Shown here: one piece after another, positions 9,184 through 19,121 of the stretch
How positions within the stretch are numbered: the first letter of the stretch is position 1
Layout of the letters: the number at the start of each line of letters is the position of its first letter
Source of the DNA: Candidatus Poribacteria bacterium
GTDB lineage: Bacteria; Poribacteria; WGA-4E; UBA9662
Direction: 5' to 3'
DNA: 64,000 bases
NCBI GenBank assembly: GCA_046582655.1
Contig: JAYGDX010000210.1
Span: 13,030-77,029 of the forward strand
Program-made: the position numbers and the translations under genes
The notes under the pieces: model-generated
What the model was told of the DNA's origin: nothing
The model's database searches: none
Seen by the model: only the letters and a program-made list of their open reading frames with translations

Positions 9184-9765
9184 GACGTGTTGCTGGTCGA
9201 AAGTTTGCAACATGGAGAAACTGGAGCGCTAGCGGAGTTGGTACATAAATATCAACATCGCATATATCGTGTCGCAATGCAAATTACCAGAAACCATGAA
9301 GATGCCAGCGATGTTACACAAGAAACATTTCTTAAGGTATATGAATCAATTTATAGTCTCCGTCGAAAGGCCGCTTTTGAAACGTGGATCTACCGAATTG
9401 CGGTGAATAAAGCCACCAACTTGGTTAAACGCCATCATCGTCGTTGTGAATCCTCACTGTCAACCATTCGTGAAAACGATATCCATTTTGGCTTAAGGCG
9501 AAACTCTAATCTGGTAAATATTCCCCATCTGAACGTCGAGAAACAGGAATTACGGAAAACAGTAACGCAAGCGGTAAACAGCCTATCGCTCAAGCATCGG
9601 ACCGTTATCATTTTATACGAGTTTGAAGGGCTAACACATACGGAAATTGCATCGATTTTGAGGTGTTCAGAAGGAACAGTCCGGTCTCGGTTGCATTATG
9701 CGCGAAAACAGCTCAGAGATAGGTTGCAATCTTACATCGATCCTGTGTCAATGGATTTGAGATGA
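9151..9765 (+). CDS. ECF RNA polymerase sigma factor
   Basis: Region 2 (DASDVTQETFLKVY...FETWIYRIAVN) and region 4 (EGLTHTEIASIL...GTVRSRLHYAR). The start is uncertain (TTG 9151 or 9166). Confidence 0.92.
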   Translation: MRSVGLGSVGVDVLLVESLQHGETGALAELVHKYQHRIYRVAMQITRNHEDASDVTQETFLKVYESIYSLRRKAAFETWIYRIAVNKATNLVKRHHRRCESSLSTIRENDIHFGLRRNSNLVNIPHLNVEKQELRKTVTQAVNSLSLKHRTVIILYEFEGLTHTEIASILRCSEGTVRSRLHYARKQLRDRLQSYIDPVSMDLR

Positions 9766-10631
9766 AAAAAAAGTGTTCCTACATCCAATTTTATTTGTCC
9801 GACTACATTGATGATATTCTGCCTGATGATAAAAGGACCCAGATTCGCGAGCATACGCGATTGTGTTTTCTATGTCGATCTGAGTTGAAGTCGCTCAAAC
9901 GAATGAATGACCTGTTGAGTTTTTATGTTGATTCAGGTCCACCAAAAGGATATAATGAGCAATTTCTAAACGAGCTTCAGCAGTTAGTTGACAAAAAATC
10001 GTATCAGATATGGTGGCGAATACCTGCATTCTGTCGTGGGTTTTCCTGGCATATAGAAGATTTCTATGAAAGGTTGATGTCTTCCGTTCTGCCTTTGATT
10101 AACCGGCGGTTTTACACTAGGTGGGTAATGGGGTTTACGTTTGTTGCGTTGCTTTTTGTTTTGTCTTTAGCTTTTTATCCACAGTTGATCTACGTTTCTG
10201 AAGATCGTATCGTTCAAGCAAATGTATCATCAGATTTTCTTGAAGTTTCGGGTACGATGGGCATAGTAGGAAACCGTCAGTTGACTCACAACCGTCACCC
10301 AATTGTCTTAGTTTCACAATGGAGCCAGATTGATAAGAAAGTGAGTGACATACTTAAACAACGAAAATCAATTGAAATGAAGATGGAGAGTTTGATTCTA
10401 GATCGTCGTGAAGCGAAACCACTTTATGATGTGGAAGATCAATCGAATTTTTTACTCTTTGCTCAACTTACAGCACCTGCCAAAACTGATCGGAAAGTGG
10501 ACTATGCTGTGCCTTCAAGTATAGCGTTTTCCCCTTTTTCTGAAAAAGTCGAGTGGCGAAGATCAAGCCATACTAACCGTATCTTTAACAACTTATCTGT
10601 CGCAAGGGTCTATGATCCTGTTCGATTATAA
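9762..10631 (+). CDS. zinc-binding (zf-HC2/ZAS) transmembrane anti-sigma factor
   Basis: C...LSDYID...HxxxCxxC (HTRLCFLC); central TM helix; ATGA overlap with the sigma gene. Confidence 0.85.
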   Translation: MKKKCSYIQFYLSDYIDDILPDDKRTQIREHTRLCFLCRSELKSLKRMNDLLSFYVDSGPPKGYNEQFLNELQQLVDKKSYQIWWRIPAFCRGFSWHIEDFYERLMSSVLPLINRRFYTRWVMGFTFVALLFVLSLAFYPQLIYVSEDRIVQANVSSDFLEVSGTMGIVGNRQLTHNRHPIVLVSQWSQIDKKVSDILKQRKSIEMKMESLILDRREAKPLYDVEDQSNFLLFAQLTAPAKTDRKVDYAVPSSIAFSPFSEKVEWRRSSHTNRIFNNLSVARVYDPVRL

Positions 10632-10673
10632 AATACAAATTTCTATCAAATTATTGAAGAGAGGTGTTTCTTA

Positions 10674-13600
10674 ATGAATCCGAGAATATTGACCGCTACG
10701 GCACTGATAGCACTAGGTTTTGTACTGTTTTGGCCATCTGGCAGTTCCAAGAAAGTAGAACGGCTTTATAAAGATGGTGAGCGACTTTATAGTACAGAAA
10801 ATTACGAAGAATCGATTGCAAAATTTGAAGAAGCTCTTATTGAATCAGAAAAGTGGGGCGTAAAAACGGCAGTTATTGATAAGGATTTCGTGACTCTAGC
10901 TAAATACAGAATTGCTGTTTGCTATTCAAAGTTAGCAGAAAACACCGGTGATGTTAATTATTTTGATCAAGCTGTCGACAAAATTGAAGAAGTTTGGCCA
11001 AATGCCAAAGTGGCCAAGCATATGGAAGGGCTAACTTACCTTTGGGGGCATGTCCTCTATAAGCAGGAAAAGTATGAATTGGCGGAACCAAAGTTTAACG
11101 AACTGATTGAAAACTTTCCGAACAGTCTTTTTGTTGAAAACGCTTGGTATGCTATTGGTCAACTCAACTACAAACTGCAGAATTATGACGCATCCCGTCG
11201 GGGATTTAAGAATGTACTTGATGGTTTCCCTAACTCTGATTTCAAAGATGATGCTCAACATCTAATAGCTCAATCATTTCTTGATGAGCAGAACTATGAG
11301 CAGGCTGCACAGGAATTTGATAGGTTGGCCACCGAAGAATTCAAGAACTATGCTGATCTACAAGCAGAAGCAATGTATAAAGCGGCCTATTGCTTGAACC
11401 AGATTTCCCGTTTCGAAGAAGCAATTACCCGCTACACGAACTTTGTCACCAAGTTTCCGACAAGTAAATATGTAACTGCCGCTTACTTTGATATGGGAGC
11501 AATCTACTCGCGTCAGAAAGACTATGACAATGCGCGTGTAAACTATGAACTTGCTATCCAGAATACTAATGATGAAGACGTACAGTCTGAAATTCAAACT
11601 GCGATTGGTCGAACCTACTATGACGAAGAAGATTATGAAAATGCAGCTGCTGCTTATACCACACTTTTGGAAAATTATCCAACCAGCCAATTTATCTCTG
11701 AGGCAAAGTTAGGAATTGCCGATAGTTATTTTAAGCTGAGTAACTGGTCTGAAGCTTCTGTTGCTTACCAACGTGTACTTGATGAACATGCTGATCAGTC
11801 TGATTTAGTTCCATATGTAACCTTCCAAATGGGGGAGACGCACTACAAATTCGCTACCAGTCTCAAGGATACAGGTCAAGCCGATTCAGCAGCGGAAAAC
11901 TTGGAAATAGCGCTTGAATGGTACCAGAAAGCCTACAATGACTATCCGACTGATCCGGTTGCCTCTCACGCTCTTTATGGTGCAATATGGGCCCTCAATG
12001 ATCTTGATCGAAAAGAAGAACTTGAAAAAGTTGCCCGAGAGTTCATTGATAAAAATCGAGAGGACCCTCAACTGGATATCCTTGCAGCGGAAGTCCAACT
12101 TAAGTTTGCTGACATAAAGTTTAGTGACTTCAAACAGTATAGCGAGGCGGCAACAGAGTATGCCAGACTCTGGGACAAACCGGATGGTGATTATGAACGG
12201 TTACCCAAGTTCCATCTTCTTAAAGTCATCGCCAAGTTCCAAGAGGGAAGATCCTATTACGAGGTTGCACTAGAAAATAGTGAAGGTGATAGCTTGGACG
12301 GAGACCTGTTGGCAAAATCAATTAATGCCTACGGACAAGCTATCGATAGATTTAATGATGAAGCATTTCTACCTGGTGTAGAAAATGGACGATATGACGA
12401 CTTCCCGGAACGGATCCAGCAAGTTGAAGCGGCAATATTGAACAAAGCACTTGTGCATGAGAAGCAGGATGAATGGCTTATTGCTCGTGAACTTTATGGA
12501 AACATTGGTGAGAATAGCGACAATTATGAGCGTGCACAATTACTGATCGCCCAAAGCTATATTGAAGAAGGCAACCTAACGGAAGCCATCGATTTTTACG
12601 GGACTATTATGGATGTACTTAGTCCTGATAATCGCTCACTGGCGGAAATTAAGCTTGCTGACCTCCTGCGAAACGAAGAGCGTTTTACCGAAGCAGCGAA
12701 CGCGTATTCGCAGGTCGTGGCAGGTAATCCGACAGGTGAATATGCGGATGACGCACAATATCTGATTGGTCTCTGCTATTACAAAGCTGCCAAAGATGAT
12801 TCATCTGTATATGACAAGTCAATAGCCGCATTTCAAAAGATGATTAATGACTATGCTGACAGCCCAAACATCGTTGAAGCCTACTATGGTATTGTACTCG
12901 CATTTCGGGATACAGATCAGTGGGAAAACGTAATGTCATATGCTGATGAAGCGAGCGATAATTTTAGTGATAGTAGTGAGGGAAATATCCTCAAGACCCT
13001 AGGACATATCGATCTTGTTAAGGCTACGGCTATTGAGAACCAGGGACTCGACTCAGAAGAGGATAAGCAGTTACTCATCGCCAGCTTACGACGTATTGTC
13101 GGTAATATAGGTGCTCCACCAGAAGCACGGACACGTGCACAGTTGAAGATAGGTCATCTTTACTATCGTGATAAAGATTATAATACTGCGTCAACAGAAT
13201 ATCAAAAGGTAACACAGGAGTTTCCAGATGCTAGTGCTGAAATTTTGGCTAACGCATATTATCAAACAGCTGTTTGCTATTATCAGCAAGCACAGTCAGC
13301 AGGAGACTTAGAGGCAAAAAATCTTGCGTTTCAAAATTCCGCTGGTAGCGCCGAAAAGGTCGTTGAGTTAGATCACAGCGTTGATAGCATGATCAGCGCG
13401 CATTACACGCTTGGTTTAGCAAAATTCGGTTTGGGTGATAACGAAGCAGCTATTGTTGCCTATGCCAAGGCTATTTCGTATGAAGGTCAAACCGAAGATG
13501 ACGCGCGGAAAGATTTGATTTTCCAGGCTCATTCACGCCTTGCCGAACTGTATAATTCGGAGGAAGTGTACAGTCGCGCAGTTCAGGAATATCAGTATAT

Positions 13601-15293
13601 TATTGAAAATACTGATGATGCGAATCTGAGAGGAAATTCGTATTTCGCAATGGCTATAGCGCTTGATGATCATTTAAGCCAGTATGATGATGCATTGCTA
13701 GCCTACCAAAATGCAATACAGGTTAAGGCAGGAGCAATTGTGAGTGCCCAATCATACTATCGAACTGGTTTGCTTTACCAACAAAAGCTGAATGATCAGG
13801 AAAATGCTCTGATAGCCTATGAAACGTTGGTCAAAGATTATTCTGGCGAACCCGACAAAAATATTCAAGAAATGGTAGGAGATGCTTCACTTCGAAAGTC
13901 GGATCTTTATCAAAGACTTGGACGTCTAGAAGATGCCATTGCTGGAGCGATAGAAACTCGTGATTGGGCACAATTGCAATCGCAGAAAATATCGGCACAG
14001 TATAGTCTTGGATCTCTCTACTTTGACCGAGCGAAGTCGCTTTACTCTGATGAAGCTGGTACAGATTTGCAGTATTACATTGATGCTAGTAGAGAATCTG
14101 CTGCAGCTTATATGGAAGTCTACCAACTTAGCTCGCCGGTTGAGAATCTTGATAAAGGTCTAATACCATTTCTGCAGAATGCCCTCTTCCAAGCAGGGCA
14201 GCTTTATTACTCAATCGGTACTAGCTTCAAATATAGGGAAGAACTTCAAAAAGCGATTGAACCGTTGCAACTTTTCGCCGAGTACGTAGATCAAGGACTC
14301 TTTGCTTCATCTCCTGAGGTTCTGGAAAGTGTCGAAGAATCTCTGGTTTATGTTGGAACAGCTCAGTTCGAGTTAGGGCGCTTGCAATTAGGTGAGGATG
14401 AGGGAATATCTGATGCGGTTCAAGGTTTCTTCCGATCCTCGGCTAGTACGTTTTCCTCATTGACAAAGCGGTTTCCAAATGCAAAAGATGCGGCAACTTG
14501 GCAGTTTCAATCGGGTGAGTCTTACTATGCCTCTCTAGCATATGAGAGGGCTGTTGCCGAGTACGAGAAAGTTCATCAAAACTATCCGGAATCGGAAAGT
14601 GCTCCCGAATCGCTTTATGCAATCTCAACTTGCTATTCCATGCTGGCTGATAGTGCAGGTGATGAAGAAGAGAGTGCGAAGTGGCGCAGTAAGTTATTCG
14701 AAACAAATGAAGTTCTTGTGGGGAAATACCCACAGAGTTCTTATGCTGGGAATGCTATGGTTAATCTTGCCAACAAACTTTATAACGAAGGGAGCGCTCC
14801 TGAAATCGAAAATTCTGAGCGGATACGTCTCTATAAGTTAGCTGTTGAAAAGTACCGTGTTGCAGCTGAGGTTGCTGGCATTGATGCTGAAACAAAAGCG
14901 AGTGCTGGACTCTACATGAGGGAAACTCAAACAGCGCTTGCCTACTACGAATATACTACTGCTGGAGAAAATTTGACCACGGCGAGGTATGCGTATAGTA
15001 CCGGAAGTGCAGAAGAGGTAGAAGCACTAAACGGTGCAATAGCTGTGTTTCAGAAACTGATCAAAACTTATCCAGATACCAAGTATGCAGATCTTGCTTA
15101 CGTTCAGATTGGAGAGGCTTATATGGTCATGGCGGATAAGGAAGAAAGTTATTACGCGAATGCAATTGATACTTTTGACTCGTTGTGGAGGAAGTATGAG
15201 ATCTCGCCAGCAACTGATTCTCAGGTCAATAATGCGGTGAAACTGGCACAGCGCAAGATTGCAGAGATTCGGGCTTATCTCGATGGGCAATAA
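10674..15293 (+). CDS. giant TPR-repeat protein (1539 aa), N-terminally anchored
   Basis: N-terminal hydrophobic segment; many 'FP.S....A.Y..G..YY' TPR units; SD GAGG upstream. Confidence 0.85.
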   Translation: MNPRILTATALIALGFVLFWPSGSSKKVERLYKDGERLYSTENYEESIAKFEEALIESEKWGVKTAVIDKDFVTLAKYRIAVCYSKLAENTGDVNYFDQAVDKIEEVWPNAKVAKHMEGLTYLWGHVLYKQEKYELAEPKFNELIENFPNSLFVENAWYAIGQLNYKLQNYDASRRGFKNVLDGFPNSDFKDDAQHLIAQSFLDEQNYEQAAQEFDRLATEEFKNYADLQAEAMYKAAYCLNQISRFEEAITRYTNFVTKFPTSKYVTAAYFDMGAIYSRQKDYDNARVNYELAIQNTNDEDVQSEIQTAIGRTYYDEEDYENAAAAYTTLLENYPTSQFISEAKLGIADSYFKLSNWSEASVAYQRVLDEHADQSDLVPYVTFQMGETHYKFATSLKDTGQADSAAENLEIALEWYQKAYNDYPTDPVASHALYGAIWALNDLDRKEELEKVAREFIDKNREDPQLDILAAEVQLKFADIKFSDFKQYSEAATEYARLWDKPDGDYERLPKFHLLKVIAKFQEGRSYYEVALENSEGDSLDGDLLAKSINAYGQAIDRFNDEAFLPGVENGRYDDFPERIQQVEAAILNKALVHEKQDEWLIARELYGNIGENSDNYERAQLLIAQSYIEEGNLTEAIDFYGTIMDVLSPDNRSLAEIKLADLLRNEERFTEAANAYSQVVAGNPTGEYADDAQYLIGLCYYKAAKDDSSVYDKSIAAFQKMINDYADSPNIVEAYYGIVLAFRDTDQWENVMSYADEASDNFSDSSEGNILKTLGHIDLVKATAIENQGLDSEEDKQLLIASLRRIVGNIGAPPEARTRAQLKIGHLYYRDKDYNTASTEYQKVTQEFPDASAEILANAYYQTAVCYYQQAQSAGDLEAKNLAFQNSAGSAEKVVELDHSVDSMISAHYTLGLAKFGLGDNEAAIVAYAKAISYEGQTEDDARKDLIFQAHSRLAELYNSEEVYSRAVQEYQYIIENTDDANLRGNSYFAMAIALDDHLSQYDDALLAYQNAIQVKAGAIVSAQSYYRTGLLYQQKLNDQENALIAYETLVKDYSGEPDKNIQEMVGDASLRKSDLYQRLGRLEDAIAGAIETRDWAQLQSQKISAQYSLGSLYFDRAKSLYSDEAGTDLQYYIDASRESAAAYMEVYQLSSPVENLDKGLIPFLQNALFQAGQLYYSIGTSFKYREELQKAIEPLQLFAEYVDQGLFASSPEVLESVEESLVYVGTAQFELGRLQLGEDEGISDAVQGFFRSSASTFSSLTKRFPNAKDAATWQFQSGESYYASLAYERAVAEYEKVHQNYPESESAPESLYAISTCYSMLADSAGDEEESAKWRSKLFETNEVLVGKYPQSSYAGNAMVNLANKLYNEGSAPEIENSERIRLYKLAVEKYRVAAEVAGIDAETKASAGLYMRETQTALAYYEYTTAGENLTTARYAYSTGSAEEVEALNGAIAVFQKLIKTYPDTKYADLAYVQIGEAYMVMADKEESYYANAIDTFDSLWRKYEISPATDSQVNNAVKLAQRKIAEIRAYLDGQ

Positions 15294-15315
15294 TAAGTTT
15301 TAGGTACACTAAAGC

Positions 15316-15362
15316 AAAAAGGCGTTTGAACCAAATTTATGTTCGAACGCCTTTTTACTTTT
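15316..15362 (+). terminator. intrinsic terminator
   Basis: AAAAAGGCGTTTGAAC-N9-GTTCGAACGCCTTTTT followed by ACTTTT. Confidence 0.82.
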
Positions 15363-15417
15363 CAGCAGCAGAGATACTAAACTGAGGACAGATCGACCAC
15401 TAACCTGACCCATTTCC

Positions 15418-17937
15418 ATGGAATATATTAAATATTTTTCGGACATCTGTGATGAAGATCTTGGGCTTGTCGGTGGAAAAGGGCTAAACCTTGGGAAGCT
15501 GACCCAAGCCGGATTTCATGTGCCTCCAGGTTTTTGCGTCACTACTGATGCGTACCGACAGACGATAGGAGCATTAGATCAATTATCTCCAGACAAAATT
15601 CAAAAAACAGAGCTTACAGAATTGCTCGAAGATGCTATTCTCCTCGCTTATGGGAAACTAGAGACAGGAAATGTTGCTGTTAGATCCTCGGCAACGGCAG
15701 AAGATCTAGCGCAGGCAAGTTTCGCGGGACAACAGGATACCTTTCTTAACATTTCACAATTTGTTCAGCTCTTGGATAAAATTAAAAAGTGTTGGGCGTC
15801 ACTTTGGTCGAGTCGTGCTGTTGCTTATCGCCAGAATCAGCAGATAGATGAAGCAGGACTTAGTATGGCTGTAGTTGTTCAAGTCATGGTTGATGCTGAA
15901 GTTTCTGGCGTAATGTTTACAGTTAATCCAATTGGAGGTGATGAAATCGTTATTGAGTCAAATTGGGGATTAGGGGAATCGATCGTCTCTGGTGAAGTGA
16001 CACCAGATCATCTTATCGTTTCCAAGCTGAATGGACAGGTTATATCTGAAAAGATTACCACCAAACGCAAAATGGTCAGTCGGTCAGGTCTAATTGAGGT
16101 ACCGATTGACAAGCGTTACACGCCGAGTTTAAGAAGAGACTTGGTGTATCAGCTTGCTAATCTTGGAATGGATATTGAGACTTTTTATGGTACTCCGCAA
16201 GACATTGAATGGGCTTATGCTGAAAACCAGTTTCATATCCTTCAAGCACGTACAGTCACCACCTTGACAGATACAGTCCAGATTGAAATTCTTCGTCGAC
16301 GGGAAATTGAAGCGTTAGAACAAAAGTCTGATCCATACGGAACGGTCTGGAGTCGATATAACTTAGCGGAGGTTCTGCCCGCGCCTCTTCCGATGACATG
16401 GTCGATTATCAAAAATTTTATGTCTGGTAGAGGTGGTTACGGCCTTGCTTTCCGTGATCTTGGGTTCTTTCCCAGTCCGAGGGTAGATCAAGAAGGTCTG
16501 CTGGATTTAATATGTGGGCGTATATATGTCAATTTGAGCCGTGAGGTTGAGAGTCTATGTTATGGCTTTCCGTTCGAACACAATTTTGAAGAGCTGAAAA
16601 AAAATCCACAAAAAGCGATGTATCCTCAGCCAATTCCTAATCTTAAACGTATTGTTTCTGTAAAGTTATTTTTATTGAGCATCATGAAAATGCTGGCTGC
16701 GGAACATAACCTACAAAGATTGATCAAAGGTTTTGATTCTACCCTTAATAACCAGATTTTTCCGTTATTTGAAGGTTACGTTAGAAAAGAGCTCAAAGTG
16801 AATTTGCTGCAGTTGACGGATAGCCAGCTTATTGACAAGCTATATGAATGGCACCAAAAAACGATGAACGACTTTGCAAAGGATGCTCTTAAAGGATCAA
16901 TTTTTGCCGTTTATGCCTATCAAAAATTGGAGCTTTTACTGCAGAAAAGTTTTACAGATAAAGCTAAGGTTGATGAACTTGCTCATGCTTTGACGACTGC
17001 CGTGGATGGGAACCTAACGGTTATATCTCACCTGAAGATGTGGGAGGTGGCACAGGGAAACCTAACAATTGAAAAATTTCTGGCACAATTTGGACATCGA
17101 GCTACTAACGAATTCGAATTGGCTGAACCTCGATGGCATGAGGATCCGTCCTATATCAAACAGATCATAGCTTCATTTCAGATGAATCCAGAAACAAATC
17201 CGGTGTACCGAATTCAGATGCAAGAGGAGAATCAGCTTCAAGCCGAGGAGGATTTAAACAGGTTGTCAACGACTCGTCAAAAACAAATCCGACGTAACCT
17301 TGATTTAACCCGGCGCTACATGCCCTTCCGTGAGAAATCGAAATTTTATCTGATGCTTGGTTATGAATTAATCCGAAAAGCGCTACTTGAACTTGATCGG
17401 CGTCATGATCTTGGTGGAGGAGTGTTCTATCTGATGATTGACGAATTAGAGGAGCCTTTTGACCGTGATGGTGCAATGCAGAAGATCTCTGCACGTCAGG
17501 CTGAAAGATCAAAGATCTTACGCATTGAATTGCCTGATGTAATATACAGTGATACACTCAACCAAATTGGAGATCCAATTCCTGTTGAGGTTCAGAACGA
17601 GATGAAAGGAACCGGTATTTCGGCTGGAGTCGCACATGGTATTGCCCAGATACTTACCGATCCAACTGAAGCAAGTATAGATCAAAAGAATTATGTCCTT
17701 GTATGTCCATCGACTGATCCGGGATGGACGCCACTTTTTCTGCGAGCTTCAGCATTAATAATGGAGCGGGGGGGGGTACTTTCGCATGGTGCGATTGTTG
17801 CTCGAGAATATGGAATTCCGGCGGTGGCTTGTATCCCTATGGCAACGAAACGGATTAAACCTGGACAGATGGTTCGTGTCGACGGAACTTATGGCATCGT
17901 GTCGATCTTAAATTCCAATTTAGAAAAGACTGGATAA
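15418..17937 (+). CDS. PEP-utilising dikinase-family enzyme with rifampin-phosphotransferase-like architecture
   Basis: N-terminal ATP-grasp (VGGKG, AVRSSATAED...SFAGQQDTFLN, QDIEWA, ILQAR); large central domain; C-terminal phospho-His domain (TDPGWTP, LSHGAIVAREYGIPAV); no PEP-binding barrel. Confidence 0.85.
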   Translation: MEYIKYFSDICDEDLGLVGGKGLNLGKLTQAGFHVPPGFCVTTDAYRQTIGALDQLSPDKIQKTELTELLEDAILLAYGKLETGNVAVRSSATAEDLAQASFAGQQDTFLNISQFVQLLDKIKKCWASLWSSRAVAYRQNQQIDEAGLSMAVVVQVMVDAEVSGVMFTVNPIGGDEIVIESNWGLGESIVSGEVTPDHLIVSKLNGQVISEKITTKRKMVSRSGLIEVPIDKRYTPSLRRDLVYQLANLGMDIETFYGTPQDIEWAYAENQFHILQARTVTTLTDTVQIEILRRREIEALEQKSDPYGTVWSRYNLAEVLPAPLPMTWSIIKNFMSGRGGYGLAFRDLGFFPSPRVDQEGLLDLICGRIYVNLSREVESLCYGFPFEHNFEELKKNPQKAMYPQPIPNLKRIVSVKLFLLSIMKMLAAEHNLQRLIKGFDSTLNNQIFPLFEGYVRKELKVNLLQLTDSQLIDKLYEWHQKTMNDFAKDALKGSIFAVYAYQKLELLLQKSFTDKAKVDELAHALTTAVDGNLTVISHLKMWEVAQGNLTIEKFLAQFGHRATNEFELAEPRWHEDPSYIKQIIASFQMNPETNPVYRIQMQEENQLQAEEDLNRLSTTRQKQIRRNLDLTRRYMPFREKSKFYLMLGYELIRKALLELDRRHDLGGGVFYLMIDELEEPFDRDGAMQKISARQAERSKILRIELPDVIYSDTLNQIGDPIPVEVQNEMKGTGISAGVAHGIAQILTDPTEASIDQKNYVLVCPSTDPGWTPLFLRASALIMERGGVLSHGAIVAREYGIPAVACIPMATKRIKPGQMVRVDGTYGIVSILNSNLEKTG

Positions 17938-17947
17938 AGATAAAGGT

Positions 17948-18358
17948 TTGTTTACAACAATGATCCGAGAGAAGTTTCGAGAACATCTATCGCTGATTAC
18001 TTATATTCTTATGATTGCATTGGTATTAATGTTTCTTGTGTTTGCTATTCAATGGTATTTGATTCAACAGACTTTAGGTTATGCAATTGAACTCATAAAA
18101 GCGGAGTTAATTCAACAATCACCATCGGGCGTTGAGGCATCGGAAATTCAGCAAACGTTCCTTAACGTTCAAGATGCGGTTAAAAGTATTCCATGGAGCG
18201 TTATTAGTGGTAAAATTAGCTTGAGTAAAGCTAAAACAGCAGCGGACTATGCAAGAAAATCCAACTCAGATGGTATTTGGACTTCACAGGAGGTTAATAC
18301 ACTTTTAAAAATGACAAACGCAACTGTCGGTATAAAAAGAGGAGTGGGTAGCAAATGA
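17948..18358 (+). CDS. hypothetical single-TM protein
   Basis: N-terminal TM; tightly packed between its neighbours. Confidence 0.6.
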   Translation: MFTTMIREKFREHLSLITYILMIALVLMFLVFAIQWYLIQQTLGYAIELIKAELIQQSPSGVEASEIQQTFLNVQDAVKSIPWSVISGKISLSKAKTAADYARKSNSDGIWTSQEVNTLLKMTNATVGIKRGVGSK

Positions 18359-19119
18359 GTGGTTTAGCAAATCCTTATGAAAAGTTTGCTTATGCATACG
18401 ACCGCATTATGTACAATGTCGATTACCCTCGCTGGGAGGAATACATCAATGACCTATTCCTCCGCTATAATCAGCAACCACAGAAAATGCTGGATCTCGC
18501 TTGCGGTACAGGGCAATTGACTATGCTTCTTGCCAAACGAGGCTATGAAATGTGGGGGGTTGATCGGGCCGAAGGAATGTTGAAAATAGCGCGTCAGAAA
18601 ACGGAACAATTGAATTTACACATTGAATTTCAACAGGGCGATATGCGTGACTTTGATCTCCCACAGAAATTTGACACAATCATTTGTACCTATGACAGTA
18701 TCAACTATATGGTTAATGAACAGGAGTTTGAGACTGCTTGCCGAAATGTGTCAAATCACCTTGAAAAATCGGGGGTTTTTATTTTTGATGTTACAACCGA
18801 GCGAAATATTGTCAAGCATTTTCACTCCCAGACTTTTGCCGAAAATGATCAGGATTATTCCTACATTTGGCAAAATATCTATACCCATGTAGATAAATTA
18901 TGTCGTACATCACTTACTTTTTTCATACGGGAGGGAGATTTGTTTCGAAGATTTGAGGAGATGCATATTCAACGGATTTTTGAAGTCAACACTATCAAAC
19001 AAATGTTGCAGAAAACCGGCTATGATTTGGTTAGCGTCTATGATATGTACACATTTAGTAAACCACACCGAAATACTGATCGAATCAATTTTACGGCCAG
19101 AAAAGTACGGGAATTATGA
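18355..19119 (+). CDS. class I SAM-dependent methyltransferase
   Basis: LDLACGTG motif I, GVD, QGDMRDF, YDSINY; ATGA overlap with the previous gene. Confidence 0.9.
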   Translation: MSGLANPYEKFAYAYDRIMYNVDYPRWEEYINDLFLRYNQQPQKMLDLACGTGQLTMLLAKRGYEMWGVDRAEGMLKIARQKTEQLNLHIEFQQGDMRDFDLPQKFDTIICTYDSINYMVNEQEFETACRNVSNHLEKSGVFIFDVTTERNIVKHFHSQTFAENDQDYSYIWQNIYTHVDKLCRTSLTFFIREGDLFRRFEEMHIQRIFEVNTIKQMLQKTGYDLVSVYDMYTFSKPHRNTDRINFTARKVREL

Positions 19120-19121
19120 GG

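Noticed and set aside
10175..10183. DnaA box TTATCCACA (another on the minus strand near 7412) as oriC
   Set aside because: Isolated matches inside coding sequence; no cluster and no dnaA in the window.
15418..17937. Calling this ppsA or a rifampin-resistance gene
   Set aside because: It lacks the PEP-binding barrel of PpsA; no rifamycin-associated element is seen upstream and the substrate cannot be inferred.
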